In this document: positions 46,668-56,688 of the stretch, piece by piece
Layout of the letters: every line of letters starts with the position of its first letter
How positions within the stretch are numbered: position 1 is the stretch's first letter
NCBI GenBank assembly: GCA_035528575.1
Contig: DATKYK010000005.1
Span: 30,381 to 94,380 of the forward strand
From: Dehalococcoidia bacterium
GTDB lineage: Bacteria; Chloroflexota; Dehalococcoidia; E44-bin15
Direction: 5' to 3'
DNA: 64,000 nucleotides
Made by a program: the position numbers and the translations under genes
The notes under the pieces: model-generated
What the model saw: only the letters and a program-made list of their open reading frames with translations
The model's database searches: none
Told to the model about the DNA's origin: nothing

Positions 46668-47162
46668 CTAAGATTCAAAGCCACCATGCCTCTTAATATA
46701 AGGGATAAGCCCGCCCTCTTTAAGTATCACGAGCATCACATCGGGGAACTTTCCTGTGGTGAGCTCGGTTCCGCTGGTAAGATTCTTCACTGTTCTTCCC
46801 GCAAGGTCAACCTCAAGCGTATCGCTATCATTGATCTTTTCAGTGTCGCATATCAATACGGGAAGCCCGATATTGATGGCATTTCTATAAAAGATGCGCG
46901 CCGCTGACTTCGCCAGGACAGCAGCCACGCCAGCCATCTTGATTACGATAGCGGCATGCTCCCGGCTTGAGCCAAGCCCGAAGTTCAAACCTGCAACGAC
47001 GAAATCGCCTGGCTTCACCATTGTACAAAAGCCGGGTTCAACATCTTCAAGGGTGTGCTTTGCCAATTCCGGAAGATTACTCCTAAGATGGAAGTACCTT
47101 CCCGGGCAGATGTGATCGGTGGAAATATTATCACCGAATTTAAAGGCTTTTCCCCTTAGCAT
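46668..47162 (-). CDS. Aconitase-family dehydratase small subunit (LeuD-like)
   Basis: 164 aa, LeuD/HACN small-subunit family (GDNISTDHICPGRY...GLNFGLGSSREHAA). Confidence 0.75.
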   Translation of the reverse strand: MLRGKAFKFGDNISTDHICPGRYFHLRSNLPELAKHTLEDVEPGFCTMVKPGDFVVAGLNFGLGSSREHAAIVIKMAGVAAVLAKSAARIFYRNAINIGLPVLICDTEKINDSDTLEVDLAGRTVKNLTSGTELTTGKFPDVMLVILKEGGLIPYIKRHGGFES

Positions 47163-48428
47163 TTACATTAGCTCCCTGGGGTCGGTGATCTCGCCAGCGA
47201 TGGCGCTCGCCGCGGCAGTAGCCGGGCTTCCCAAGTAGATATGGGCCTCTGGATTTCCCATGCGCCCCCTGAAATTGCGGTTGGCTGTGGAGAGGCAAGC
47301 CTCCCCATCCCCCAGCACTCCCTGGTGTACCCCAACGCATGGGCCACAACTCGGCGGCAGAAGCACCGCCCCAGCCTCAAGGAAGGTCTGGATATATCCA
47401 GCGCTAATCGCTTCTTTAAGTACATCCAAAGATGCCGGGGCAACGAGCAGCCTAGTTTTAGGATAACGTCTTTTTCCATTCAGAATTGCGGCCGCTACCG
47501 CCAGGTCATCCAGGCGACCGTTGGTACAGGTGCCGATGAAAACCTGGTCGACTTTCGTGCCCGCTAGCTCTCTCGCCAGGGCGATATTATCTACTGCGTG
47601 AGGTCTAGACAATGTGGGCTCAAGGCTAGAAGCATCGATGGTGATCACTTGCTCATACATGGCATCATGATCAGGGCACAAAGCGTGAAAAAGAGCACCG
47701 CGACCGCGAGATTCAAGATAGGCTTGTGTAGTCCCATCCGTAGGGAAAAGCCCCGTCTTGGCCCCTGCCTCCACTGCCATATTAGCCAGGGTGAAACGAC
47801 CCGCCATGCTCATATTTGCGATAGCCTCTCCTGAGAACTCCAGCGATTTGTAAGTGGCGCCATCAGCACCAAGGCTCCCGATAAGGTGCAGGGCAAGGTC
47901 CTTTGCATATACTCCCTTGGCGAAGCGACCACTTACCTCTACCTTGAAGCTCTCAGGTACCCTGAGCCAGGTCTTTCCTAAAGCAATGGCTATGGCAACA
48001 TCGGTGGAGCCCATACCAGTGGCAAAAGCCCCTAATGCCCCTGCGGTCACGGTGTGGGAATCAGCGCCGAGGATCACCTCCCCCGGGTTAGCATAGTATT
48101 CCAACACCAGCTGGTGGCAAACCCCTTCCCCCACATCGCAAATCTGGACGCCGCTCTTTCGGGCGAACTGACGTAGGGTAATGTGGTCATTGGCAAGCTC
48201 TCGTGACGGGCAGGGAGCAGCGTGATCAAGAAAAAGGACTACCCTATCTGGATTGGCTGCCTGCCCAAGGCCGCTCTCTTCAAGTTGCCGCAGCGCTAGA
48301 GGGCCAGTGCCATCCTGGAGGAAGGCAAGATCGACCCTGGCGATGATGATATCTCCAGCATGGGCATCGCTCCCTGAATTCTCGCTCAGGATCTTCTCGG
48401 CGAGGGTCTTCCCCATAGCGTTAACCAA
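47163..48428 (-). CDS. Aconitase-family dehydratase large subunit (LeuC-like)
   Basis: 421 aa. LeuC/HACN large-subunit motifs (ILGADSHTVTAG, IGTCTNGR, PPSCGPCVG). Confidence 0.75.
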   Translation of the reverse strand: MVNAMGKTLAEKILSENSGSDAHAGDIIIARVDLAFLQDGTGPLALRQLEESGLGQAANPDRVVLFLDHAAPCPSRELANDHITLRQFARKSGVQICDVGEGVCHQLVLEYYANPGEVILGADSHTVTAGALGAFATGMGSTDVAIAIALGKTWLRVPESFKVEVSGRFAKGVYAKDLALHLIGSLGADGATYKSLEFSGEAIANMSMAGRFTLANMAVEAGAKTGLFPTDGTTQAYLESRGRGALFHALCPDHDAMYEQVITIDASSLEPTLSRPHAVDNIALARELAGTKVDQVFIGTCTNGRLDDLAVAAAILNGKRRYPKTRLLVAPASLDVLKEAISAGYIQTFLEAGAVLLPPSCGPCVGVHQGVLGDGEACLSTANRNFRGRMGNPEAHIYLGSPATAAASAIAGEITDPRELM

Positions 48429-50304
48429 TCACTGCGATGATACCATCTTTGGCCACGCGATCCCCAGGCTTCACCCTCAGCTCCCTAACCGTACCATCGA
48501 TAGGGGTAGGGAGGACACTCTCCATCTTCATCGCCTCCAGGATCACGATGGTATCTCCTGCCTTAACCGCTTGTCCCAGCGTCACTTCGCATCTGATGAT
48601 TATTCCGGGCATGGGGGCGAGTACAGCACCCTCAGGAGTCACCGCAGGTGTTTCTCTGGTCTCCTGCGTAGCTACGGGTTCCGCCGGTTTTGGTGGCGCT
48701 GCGCTAGCAGCCGGACTATTTATTGCAGGATGCCCACCAGCAGGCTCCACCTCTACCTGGTAATACTCATCACCCACAAATACATTATAAGCCTTAAGCC
48801 CCGGCCCCTTTGGCGGAACGGCCTTCTCCGCCTTCTCCTCCAGCTTACCAGCTTTCGCTTTGGCTATAAGTTCATCCTCCCGCTTAACGTCCTCTAAGGT
48901 CTTTGGTTTTGTCTCCGGTGGTGGCTCCTCCAACCCATATTTCCATTTCAGAAAGCGCATCCCGGTGGTGGGATAGAGGGCATAGATGAGCACATCGCCA
49001 TCGTCCCTGGCGATTTCTTTTGTATCCGCCCTAGCCTTCTCCATCTCTGGCTCTAGTATATCTGCAGCGCGGCAGGTGATTGGCTCCTCACCACGCTCAT
49101 ACCCCTTGAGCGCTTTCTTTTGCACCTCAGGGTCGATATTAGCCGGAGGCTTGCCGTAGAGGCCATAGATATAGTCCTTGACCTGGCTGGAGATCATCTT
49201 GTATCTGCCCATGAGGACATTTTGCACCGCCTGAATCCCCACGATCTGGCTGGTGGGGGTAACCAGGGGGGGGTTACCCAGCTCCTTCCTGGTCTTGGGA
49301 AGCTCAGCATATACCTCATTGATCCTATCCAGTGCATCCGCTTCCTTTAGCTGGGATATCAGGTTAGTAGTCATGCCTCCAGGAATCTGGTGCACCAGCA
49401 CCCCGGTATCGATGACCGACATCTTGGTGGTACCCAGGAAGTCGCGGTATTTAGGGGCAATGGACTCGATATACTGCCCCAGTTTAAAAAGATAGGCCAG
49501 GTTAAGCCCAGTGTCCCGCGGCGTCCCCTCAAGGGCGACCACAATAGGCTCCACCGCTGGCTGGGAAGAGCGTAGGGCAAACGGGGCCAGGGCGGTATCG
49601 ATAATGTCCACCCCAGCCTCGGCGGCCTTGAGGCAGCTCATAGACGCCATACCGCTGGTATAGTGAGTGTGGAACTGGATTGGTATCTTTATTACCGCCT
49701 TGAGGGCGCTAACTAGCTCATAGATGTCATAGGGGGCAGCGAGTCCGGCCATATCCTTGATGCAAATGCTGTCAGCTCCCATATCCTGAATTATAAGCGC
49801 TTTCTTGACATAATAATCTATGTTGTAGGTCGGCCCCCCTAATTTCCGCTCAGTGAGGGAGTAACATAATGTACCCTGGATGTGCTTGCCACACTCCTTG
49901 ATCGCCTTAAAAGGAGCCTCGAAATTACGCTCATCATTCACCGCATCGAAGACGCGAAAGATATCGATGCCTACCTTCGCTGCCTGATGGACGAAAGCGA
50001 ATACTACATCGTCGGCATAGTGGCGATAGCCCACCAAGTTCTGCCCTCGAAGCAGCATCTGAAGCGGGGTATTAGGCATCAGCCGTTTCAAGAGGCGAGG
50101 TCTCTCCCAGGGATCCTCATTGAGAAACCTTGTTGGCACATCGAAAGTAGCTCCACCCCACACCTCCGCAGAATAAAATCCTGCCTTATCCATCTCCGCG
50201 GCGATGGCTTCCATATCCTCAGTACGCATCCTAGTTGCCAGCGATGACTGATGCCCATCTCGGAGGGTGGTATCGGTGATTTTAAGCGGGTTCTTCTTCT
50301 CCAT
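48421..50304 (-). CDS. Pyruvate/oxaloacetate carboxyltransferase (5S-type) fused to a biotin carboxyl carrier domain (PycB/OadA-like)
   Basis: N-terminal TIM-barrel carboxyltransferase (ITDTTLRDGHQS...FHTHYTSGMA). C-terminal biotinyl domain IVILEAMKMESVLP. Confidence 0.8.
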   Translation of the reverse strand: MEKKNPLKITDTTLRDGHQSSLATRMRTEDMEAIAAEMDKAGFYSAEVWGGATFDVPTRFLNEDPWERPRLLKRLMPNTPLQMLLRGQNLVGYRHYADDVVFAFVHQAAKVGIDIFRVFDAVNDERNFEAPFKAIKECGKHIQGTLCYSLTERKLGGPTYNIDYYVKKALIIQDMGADSICIKDMAGLAAPYDIYELVSALKAVIKIPIQFHTHYTSGMASMSCLKAAEAGVDIIDTALAPFALRSSQPAVEPIVVALEGTPRDTGLNLAYLFKLGQYIESIAPKYRDFLGTTKMSVIDTGVLVHQIPGGMTTNLISQLKEADALDRINEVYAELPKTRKELGNPPLVTPTSQIVGIQAVQNVLMGRYKMISSQVKDYIYGLYGKPPANIDPEVQKKALKGYERGEEPITCRAADILEPEMEKARADTKEIARDDGDVLIYALYPTTGMRFLKWKYGLEEPPPETKPKTLEDVKREDELIAKAKAGKLEEKAEKAVPPKGPGLKAYNVFVGDEYYQVEVEPAGGHPAINSPAASAAPPKPAEPVATQETRETPAVTPEGAVLAPMPGIIIRCEVTLGQAVKAGDTIVILEAMKMESVLPTPIDGTVRELRVKPGDRVAKDGIIAVIG

Positions 50305-50506
50305 ACGATCTCCTCCTTCTACGGGGGGCTGGGGCGCATATTCTTATTTGCCACGATATACGCATCCTCATCATCTCCGCAAGCCCCCAATATTTCCAAT
50401 AGCTCATCCTAGGGCGCGGCACTGCGGGCACTGCCAGGGTCTCCTCCTCCTCAAACCGGTCGATGGCCGCCAGGATCGCCGCCATGACCCCCTCTTTTTC
50501 ATGCAT
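50282..50506 (-). CDS. Small hypothetical protein between the carboxyltransferase genes (possible small accessory subunit)
   Basis: 74-aa ORF in the 12S-x-5S operon gap. Basic C-terminus. No family assigned. Confidence 0.3.
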   Translation of the reverse strand: MHEKEGVMAAILAAIDRFEEEETLAVPAVPRPRMSYWKYWGLAEMMRMRISWQIRICAPAPRRRRRSYGEEEPA

Positions 50507-50515
50507 TCTTTCTCA

Positions 50516-52066
50516 CTATAGCGGGATGTTGCCGTGTTTCTTGGGGGGATTTGAGTCCCTCTTATTTTGCAGCATATCCAGTGCCTTTATCAACCTGGGG
50601 CGGGTCTCCCTGGGGTCGATCACATCATCGAGATAGCCCCGGGCCGCCGCTATATAGGGATTGGCGAACTTCTCCTTATACTCCGCGACCAGATTCGCTC
50701 TGGTCTCCTCGGGGTTCTCCGACTTTCGGATGGCCTCCCTATGTATGATGTTCACCGCACCATCGGGCCCCATAACCGCGATCTCGGCAGTGGGCCAGGC
50801 GAAGTTGATGTCGCTCCTGAGGTGCTTGCTGCTCATAGCTACATAGGCACCGCCGTAGGCTTTACGGGTGATCACGGTCACCTTTGGCACTGTGGCCTCG
50901 GAGTAGGCATAGAGCAGCTTAGCGCCGTGCCTGATGATCCCACCATATTCCTGATGGACACCGGGCATATACCCTGGGACATCGCAGATGGTGATTATGG
51001 GGATGTTAAAGCAATCGAGGAAGCGCACAAACCGGGCAGCCTTGTCGGAGGCATCGATATTGATACACCCCGCCGATATGGAGGGCTGCTGGGCCACGAT
51101 GCCCACCGAGCGCCCCCCGAGCCGGGCAAATCCAGTAAGGATGTTCGGGGCGAAGTGCTCATGAACCTCCATGAATTGGCCATTATCGAACACCCTCCGG
51201 ATAACCTCTTTCATATCGTAGGCTTTACTAGCATCCTCGGGTATGATGTGAAGAAGCTCCTCATCTCTCCTATCGGGGTCATCGGCATTTTTCTCAAAGG
51301 GAGCTTCCTCCATGTTGTTCTGGGGGAGGTAGGTGAGGAGCTGGCGCACCATCTTCAGGCACTCCTCCTCGTTTGGGGCTACAAAGTGGCAATTCCCGCT
51401 CTGGCTGGCATGAACCATCGCCCCTCCCAACTGCTCAAGGGTCACCTCCTCGCCGGTCACCGCCCTGATGACATCGGGGCCGGTGATATACATCTCCCCC
51501 ATTCCTTGAACCATAAAAATGAAGTCGGTGATCGCCGGAGAGTATACCGCGCCGCCAGCGGCCGGGCCCATGATCACCGATATCTGGGGGATCACCCCCG
51601 ATGATAGGGTATTTCTGACGAAGATCTCACCATATCCGGCGAGGCTCTCCACCCCCTCCTGAATCCTGGCCCCGCCACAATCCAAAAGGCCAATTAAGGG
51701 CGCCCCGTTCTTCACCGCCATGTCCATGACCTTACAGATCTTCTCAGCGGCCACCTCCGATAGCGAGCCCCCGAGGACGGTGAAGTCCTGAGAGAAGATA
51801 TAAATAAGCCTGCCATCTACCTTGCCGTATCCAATGACCACCGCATCGCCCAGGAACTTCTTATCCCCGAGGCCGAACTCGGTGGCGCGGTGGGTGACGA
51901 AGGGGTCCAGCTCCTCGAAGCTGCCCTCATCGATGAGATAGGAGATTCGCTCCCTGGCGGTGAGCTTGCCCTTCTCATGCTGCGCTGCGATGCGCTTTTC
52001 GCCCCCACCCAGCTGCGACTCCGCCCTCAGTTTGGCCAGAATTTCCAGCCTTTCTTCAATCGCCAT
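50516..52066 (-). CDS. Acyl-CoA carboxyltransferase (12S / propionyl-CoA carboxylase beta / methylmalonyl-CoA decarboxylase alpha family)
   Basis: 516 aa. Two crotonase-like CT domains (...GGARIQEG...MGPAAGGAVYSPA...MYITGP...). Confidence 0.85.
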   Translation of the reverse strand: MAIEERLEILAKLRAESQLGGGEKRIAAQHEKGKLTARERISYLIDEGSFEELDPFVTHRATEFGLGDKKFLGDAVVIGYGKVDGRLIYIFSQDFTVLGGSLSEVAAEKICKVMDMAVKNGAPLIGLLDCGGARIQEGVESLAGYGEIFVRNTLSSGVIPQISVIMGPAAGGAVYSPAITDFIFMVQGMGEMYITGPDVIRAVTGEEVTLEQLGGAMVHASQSGNCHFVAPNEEECLKMVRQLLTYLPQNNMEEAPFEKNADDPDRRDEELLHIIPEDASKAYDMKEVIRRVFDNGQFMEVHEHFAPNILTGFARLGGRSVGIVAQQPSISAGCINIDASDKAARFVRFLDCFNIPIITICDVPGYMPGVHQEYGGIIRHGAKLLYAYSEATVPKVTVITRKAYGGAYVAMSSKHLRSDINFAWPTAEIAVMGPDGAVNIIHREAIRKSENPEETRANLVAEYKEKFANPYIAAARGYLDDVIDPRETRPRLIKALDMLQNKRDSNPPKKHGNIPL

Positions 52067-52262
52067 TTCCCCTCCCGACTAGCAGGTTTGTGAAAACGCT
52101 CACTTTGTGAAAGCAGTCACATAGTGCATTATATAATGCTAAACCTAAAAATGCAACCAAGTTTACTCGTACGATAGATTAGCGACACGTCGCCTTTCGC
52201 CCGCTTTTCCCCGTCATTGCTACGAAAATACACTTATATGTCTGGACGAACCCTACGCACAT

Positions 52263-52328
52263 GTCATTCCCGCGCAGGCGGGAATCTAGACCGACCAGTC
52301 TCTGGATTCCTGCTTCCGCAGGAATGAC
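52263..52328. repeat. Pair of adjacent inverted hairpins (ATTCCCGCgcaggCGGGAAT / ATTCCTGCttccGCAGGAAT) nested within the outer inverted repeat GTCATTCC...GGAATGAC. Candidate bidirectional terminator.
   Basis: Seen directly, between the citE-like stop and the 12S gene start. Confidence 0.4.
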
Positions 52329-52395
52329 AGCCAAAGCCGGTACAAACATACACCATTTTCATCCTCTGTAGTGCCGCTGGCGAGAGGCATGCTGG

Positions 52396-52426
52396 ATTGC
52401 GACCCCGATGTATCGGGGACGGCAAT
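52396..52426. repeat. REP-like palindrome ATTGCGACCCCGAT-gt-ATCGGGGACGGCAAT (copy 1)
   Basis: Near-perfect 14-bp inverted repeat. A second, perfect copy is at 62216-62247. Confidence 0.6.
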
Positions 52427-52536
52427 CTCACCTCTAAACTCCCCAGGGCTCTTTCACCACAGAGCTCCCGGGGATGAGAAAAGGGCGAAATCAACCATAC
52501 TATATATCACATGTCTATCTGAGCGAGATCGTGAAG

Positions 52537-53445
52537 TTAATCATCCTCACTCCTCCGCCGGGCAATGGAATCCGCTACAAAGAGCAGCTTCCTTGCCCTA
52601 TTGGCGATAGGAATATCGATCATCTTGCCATCAAGAGAGGTTGAGGCGAAGCCCTGGGCCACAGCGGCCTCAAAGGCGTCAACCACCCTTCTAGCATGGG
52701 CTATCTCCTCTGGCGAGGGGCTAAAGATACGGTTCACCGACTCTATCTGGCTGGGGTGAATAAGGAACTTACCCCCAAAGCCAAGCCTTCGAGCGAGCCT
52801 GGCCTCATTAACCAGCCCCGCTTCATCCTTGAAGTTATTATAGGGGGTGTCCACTGCGACAACATCGGCCGCCTTGGCGGCGATGACAACCATCGTCCGG
52901 GGATAAAGAAGCTCGCTGCCCTCCTCGGTGCGTATCATGCCCGTATCCAAGGTGAAATCCTCAGCACCAAAAGAGATGCCTACAACCCGGGGTGAGGCAC
53001 TGGCGATCTCGAAGGCGTGGAGCAGCCCCATGGCAGTCTCCACCCAGGGAAGAAGCCTGACATGACCCGCGGCGATCCCTCTTTCTTGTTCCAGAAGCGC
53101 AATGATCGCCGCCATCTCTGTTACGTCATGCGCCGTAGCAGGCTTGGGCTGGCTGATACCATCGACCCCGGGGATGATGACAGCCTCTAGATCCTCCCGC
53201 GCCAGTCCGCTGGCGAGTGAATTGATACGCACAAAGACCTTTCGCCCTTTTTGCGTCTCCCCTCTCTTCGCCCTCGCCAGCATAGCTAGCGTATCCCTTG
53301 CCAGGGCTCTGGCACTAGCTTTCTCTGAAGTGGGCACCGAATCTTCCAGGTCCAAAACGAGCGCATCGACAGGCAGATTCCACACTTTATCAATCATGTT
53401 TTGCCGGTTGCCGGGGACAGAGAGTAGAGTTCTAAGCGGCTCCAC
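52537..53445 (-). CDS. HpcH/HpaI-family (citrate lyase beta / citryl- or malyl-CoA lyase-like) protein
   Basis: 302 aa. ...DALVLDLEDSV... and VVGISFGAEDF... are characteristic of CitE-like lyases. Confidence 0.7.
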   Translation of the reverse strand: MEPLRTLLSVPGNRQNMIDKVWNLPVDALVLDLEDSVPTSEKASARALARDTLAMLARAKRGETQKGRKVFVRINSLASGLAREDLEAVIIPGVDGISQPKPATAHDVTEMAAIIALLEQERGIAAGHVRLLPWVETAMGLLHAFEIASASPRVVGISFGAEDFTLDTGMIRTEEGSELLYPRTMVVIAAKAADVVAVDTPYNNFKDEAGLVNEARLARRLGFGGKFLIHPSQIESVNRIFSPSPEEIAHARRVVDAFEAAVAQGFASTSLDGKMIDIPIANRARKLLFVADSIARRRSEDD

Positions 53446-53523
53446 TTATTACCTCCGTGCTGCTAAAGGCTAGTATGGTGTTTCTGCCAGATAGTTGTCA
53501 AGTATTCTCAACGCCACAGGCTT

Positions 53524-54372
53524 GTGCTAGAATCTGAGGCGATGAGTACCGCTCTTGGCGTTACCGTATGTGGCAATCGGGAGTTCCGCTGGGGTGAGCG
53601 AACCTTCATTATGGGGGTGTTGAACCTCACGCCGGATTCCTTCTCCGGCGATGGGCTGGGAGATGACATCGCTGCTGCCCTTGCCCAGGCAAGACGCCTG
53701 GTGGCTGAGGGTGCTGACATCCTCGATGTGGGGGGTGAGTCCACCCGTCCCCAATCGTCGCCGGTATCTGCCGAGGAGGAGCTGGCACGGGTGATCCCGG
53801 TGATTGAAAAGCTGGCCGGGGAGGTTGCGGTGCCCATCAGCATCGACACCTACAAACCTGAGGTGGCCATGCATGCCCTTGAGGCTGGTGCCAGGATGAT
53901 CAATGATATCTGGGGCTTAAGGCGTAATCCCTATCTTGCCCAGCTTGCTGCAGAATGGGAGGTACCCCTGGTTATCGCGGCTAACCAGCGGGAAACCACC
54001 TACGATCAGATCGTCCCTGAGGTTATTGCTTCCCTGAGTCAGGGAATTGATCTAGCGCGGGACGCGGGGGTGGTCTGGGAGAATATCATCATCGACCCGG
54101 GTATCGGCTTCGGCAAGACCCTGGAGGGAAACCTTGAGCTCATCCGGCGGCTGGGCGAGCTCAAGGCGCTAGGACGGCCGATCCTCTTGGGCACGTCGCG
54201 CAAATCGATGATCGGGCTGGTATTAAACCTGCCTCCTGAGCAACGTTTGGAGGGGACAGCGGCCACCATCGCCCTGGGCATTGCCGGGGGCGCTGATATA
54301 GTGCGGGTGCACGACGTGCTGCAGATGGGACGCGTGGCCCGTATGACCGATGCCATTATCAGGGGAAGGTGA
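53524..54372 (+). CDS. folP: Dihydropteroate synthase
   Basis: IMGVLNLTPDSFSGDG and ILDVGGESTRP motifs. Confidence 0.85.
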   Translation: MLESEAMSTALGVTVCGNREFRWGERTFIMGVLNLTPDSFSGDGLGDDIAAALAQARRLVAEGADILDVGGESTRPQSSPVSAEEELARVIPVIEKLAGEVAVPISIDTYKPEVAMHALEAGARMINDIWGLRRNPYLAQLAAEWEVPLVIAANQRETTYDQIVPEVIASLSQGIDLARDAGVVWENIIIDPGIGFGKTLEGNLELIRRLGELKALGRPILLGTSRKSMIGLVLNLPPEQRLEGTAATIALGIAGGADIVRVHDVLQMGRVARMTDAIIRGR

Positions 54373-54379
54373 ACTTTAT

Positions 54380-54877
54380 ATGCAGGTCTACCTTGGCCTC
54401 GGTTCCAATTTAGGTGAGCGCCAGGCAAATCTGGCAAGGGCGCTGAAAATCCTTAGCGATAGTGTTCACATAGAGCAGGTCTCCTCCCTCTACGAGACCG
54501 AACCCGTGGGACACATCGAGCAGCCCTTATTCCTCAATGCCGTCTGCCGCGCGCAAACGGAGCTAGGCCCCCTGCAACTGCTCTCGCTGATAAAAGGGAT
54601 CGAAGCCAGCCTGGGGAGAGTGCCGGGCTTCCCCAATGCCCCTCGCTCCATTGACCTTGACATAATACTCTACGGCGACCTGGTTATGGAGACCCCCGAG
54701 TTAACCATTCCCCACCCCCGTTTTATGGAGCGAGCCTTCGTGCTAATCCCCCTTCTCGAGATCGCCCCCGATCTCCGCCACCCGGTAAGCGGTGATCGAA
54801 TAAAGGATATGGCAGCTGTAGTCGAGGGGCAGGATGGGGTGAAAAAGATAGGTGAACTAAAGACTGAAGATGTATGA
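54380..54877 (+). CDS. folK: 2-amino-4-hydroxy-6-hydroxymethyldihydropteridine pyrophosphokinase
   Basis: MQVYLGLGSNLG...ETEPVG...RSIDLDIILYG. ATG at 54380 (the ORF track starts 10 codons earlier). Confidence 0.8.
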   Translation: MQVYLGLGSNLGERQANLARALKILSDSVHIEQVSSLYETEPVGHIEQPLFLNAVCRAQTELGPLQLLSLIKGIEASLGRVPGFPNAPRSIDLDIILYGDLVMETPELTIPHPRFMERAFVLIPLLEIAPDLRHPVSGDRIKDMAAVVEGQDGVKKIGELKTEDV

Positions 54878-55115
54878 GATAGACGAAATACTTGCTCTAG
54901 TTTCCGAGAGTCTAGCATTCGCCGGCACCTGAGCCGCCTGCGAGTCATGTAAGAGCGAGATAGCAGCATAGACGCAGCCCTGCCGGACGGACTTGGAGGA
55001 TTGAAACATAAGCTATATAGCTAGAAAACAGAAGGGCCTAAAAACCGTTGAGATCGATGGTATAGGGCTAGTTCTATTTGAACGCAGCAAGCGGGCAAAG
55101 CATCTGAACATCTCC

Positions 55116-55598
55116 GTGAAACCTTTGAGAGGCGTTCGAGTTGCTGTTCCTTATAGACTGTCACTTAAAAAAGCCGAGGAATTTGTTCACGCGAAGTCGG
55201 ATTGGATAAACAAGCATCTGGAAAGGATAAAACAGTATGAGCGAGAATATGAAGCCAACTCACAGAATGCCCCTGGTATCGACAGGGCAAAAGCGAAAAG
55301 AAAACTATCCCGAAGGCTCAAATACCTGGCAGATAAGCACGGGTTTACCTATGAAAGGGCGTTCATCCGAAATCAAAGGACAAGGTGGGGCAGTTGCTCT
55401 CAGAAAAACGACATCAGCCTCAATATGAAACTCGTCCGGTTGCCGGATGAATTGATGGATTACGTGATCCTGCATGAGCTTGCCCATACCCGATGCAAGA
55501 ACCACAGCAGCGAATTCTGGGCCGAGTTGGATAGACTTGTCGGAAACGGGAAGGGTATGGACGCTCAATTGAAAGCATACGGACTGGGATTATTATAA
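55116..55598 (+). CDS. DUF45/YgjP-like HExxH metal-dependent hydrolase (M48-like). The N-terminus may use a non-canonical start or be truncated.
   Basis: ILHELAHTRCKNHSSEFW zinc motif. The in-frame upstream sequence (..IDGIGLVLFERSKRAKHLNIS) looks like the family N-terminus but has no ATG/GTG before the stop at 55002. Confidence 0.55.
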   Translation: MKPLRGVRVAVPYRLSLKKAEEFVHAKSDWINKHLERIKQYEREYEANSQNAPGIDRAKAKRKLSRRLKYLADKHGFTYERAFIRNQRTRWGSCSQKNDISLNMKLVRLPDELMDYVILHELAHTRCKNHSSEFWAELDRLVGNGKGMDAQLKAYGLGLL

Positions 55599-56267
55599 TA
55601 GCACCATATCCGATCGATTAATTCGCCCAGCCAGGCGTATTTGGGACAACCCGACAGAAAAATGCAACCCAACTTGCATCCGGCCATAGCCTATCATTTC
55701 TAGCCTGTTCCCGCGCCGGGCCATTTCACAAGAGTAATTTGCAGTTCTATAATCTGGCCGATCGGAGAAACCCACCAAAAAGGCTTATGCTATATCAACA
55801 TCAGATGGTACGCTTGCCTAGTCAGGCGAAATGTATCATATATGCCACAGCTATACTTTGCAGATCTTTATCATGGTGCCGTAGTGCTTCGCCTTATATT
55901 GCCAGCACAACCTCATGTTGCAATTTTATGACTGTATCACGTAAGCACACCCATCCGGCTACCACGACCGCAGGGCTTACAGTCGCCATTTGACCGCGTA
56001 TCAGCGAAGTGATAGCCCTTTACCTGCTTGGACGGCTGCGATTCTCCCGGAAAGCCCATTCCCCACAGATGGCCTCCTCAACAGCAAGTCGCTTGCTCTG
56101 GTAGAAGACGCTCATCGAGGAGATGGGATATACCCTGATAAGACCTGTTTGACACGACCACTGTAGTTGATGCGGTAAATCCCTGGATAATTAGATTGCG
56201 ATAGCGGGCTAAGATGAAGAAGAGCAGCACAGGTCTTGATTCCAACATGGGAGGGATGCTATAGTAT

Positions 56268-56675
56268 ATGCAGGGCCGGTTAACCGATCTGATATACTCC
56301 CTGATAGAGCATAAGGACGAATTTATCCGCTACCACGACGTGCAGTCGATCATCTTCTTCGGTGCCATAACCGCAGCTTGTATTGTCTTTAGCTTCTCGC
56401 AGTGGATTCCCGGCCACGTGGGTGTTTTGTTCACCGCTATCATATCGCCTGGGGGACTCTTTGCTTTTTATTATACGGAGCGTGCTCACGGTGAAAGTCT
56501 GCCAGGGAAAGCGCTACAGGCTGCCCGTGGCCGGCGACCTGGCCGGGAGATGCTCGCCAGAGCGAGACAAGGTTTAACTGCCAGGGATAGGGCTGTAAAG
56601 GCACAGGGCAGAGCGGATCAGGCTACCCCTGATTTCGTCTATGTAGTCGTGAGGCGAAATAGCATATTTGATTGA
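56268..56675 (+). CDS. Hypothetical membrane protein
   Basis: 135 aa with 2 hydrophobic helices and an Arg-rich tail. No family assigned. Confidence 0.3.
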   Translation: MQGRLTDLIYSLIEHKDEFIRYHDVQSIIFFGAITAACIVFSFSQWIPGHVGVLFTAIISPGGLFAFYYTERAHGESLPGKALQAARGRRPGREMLARARQGLTARDRAVKAQGRADQATPDFVYVVVRRNSIFD

Positions 56676-56688
56676 TGGATTGTAATAT

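Noticed and set aside
55599-56267. 670-bp gap between the DUF45 gene and the hypothetical membrane protein, examined for a decayed gene or toxin-antitoxin pair
   Set aside because: Only short frames (<35 aa) were found, without RBS or recognisable motifs. It is left unannotated.
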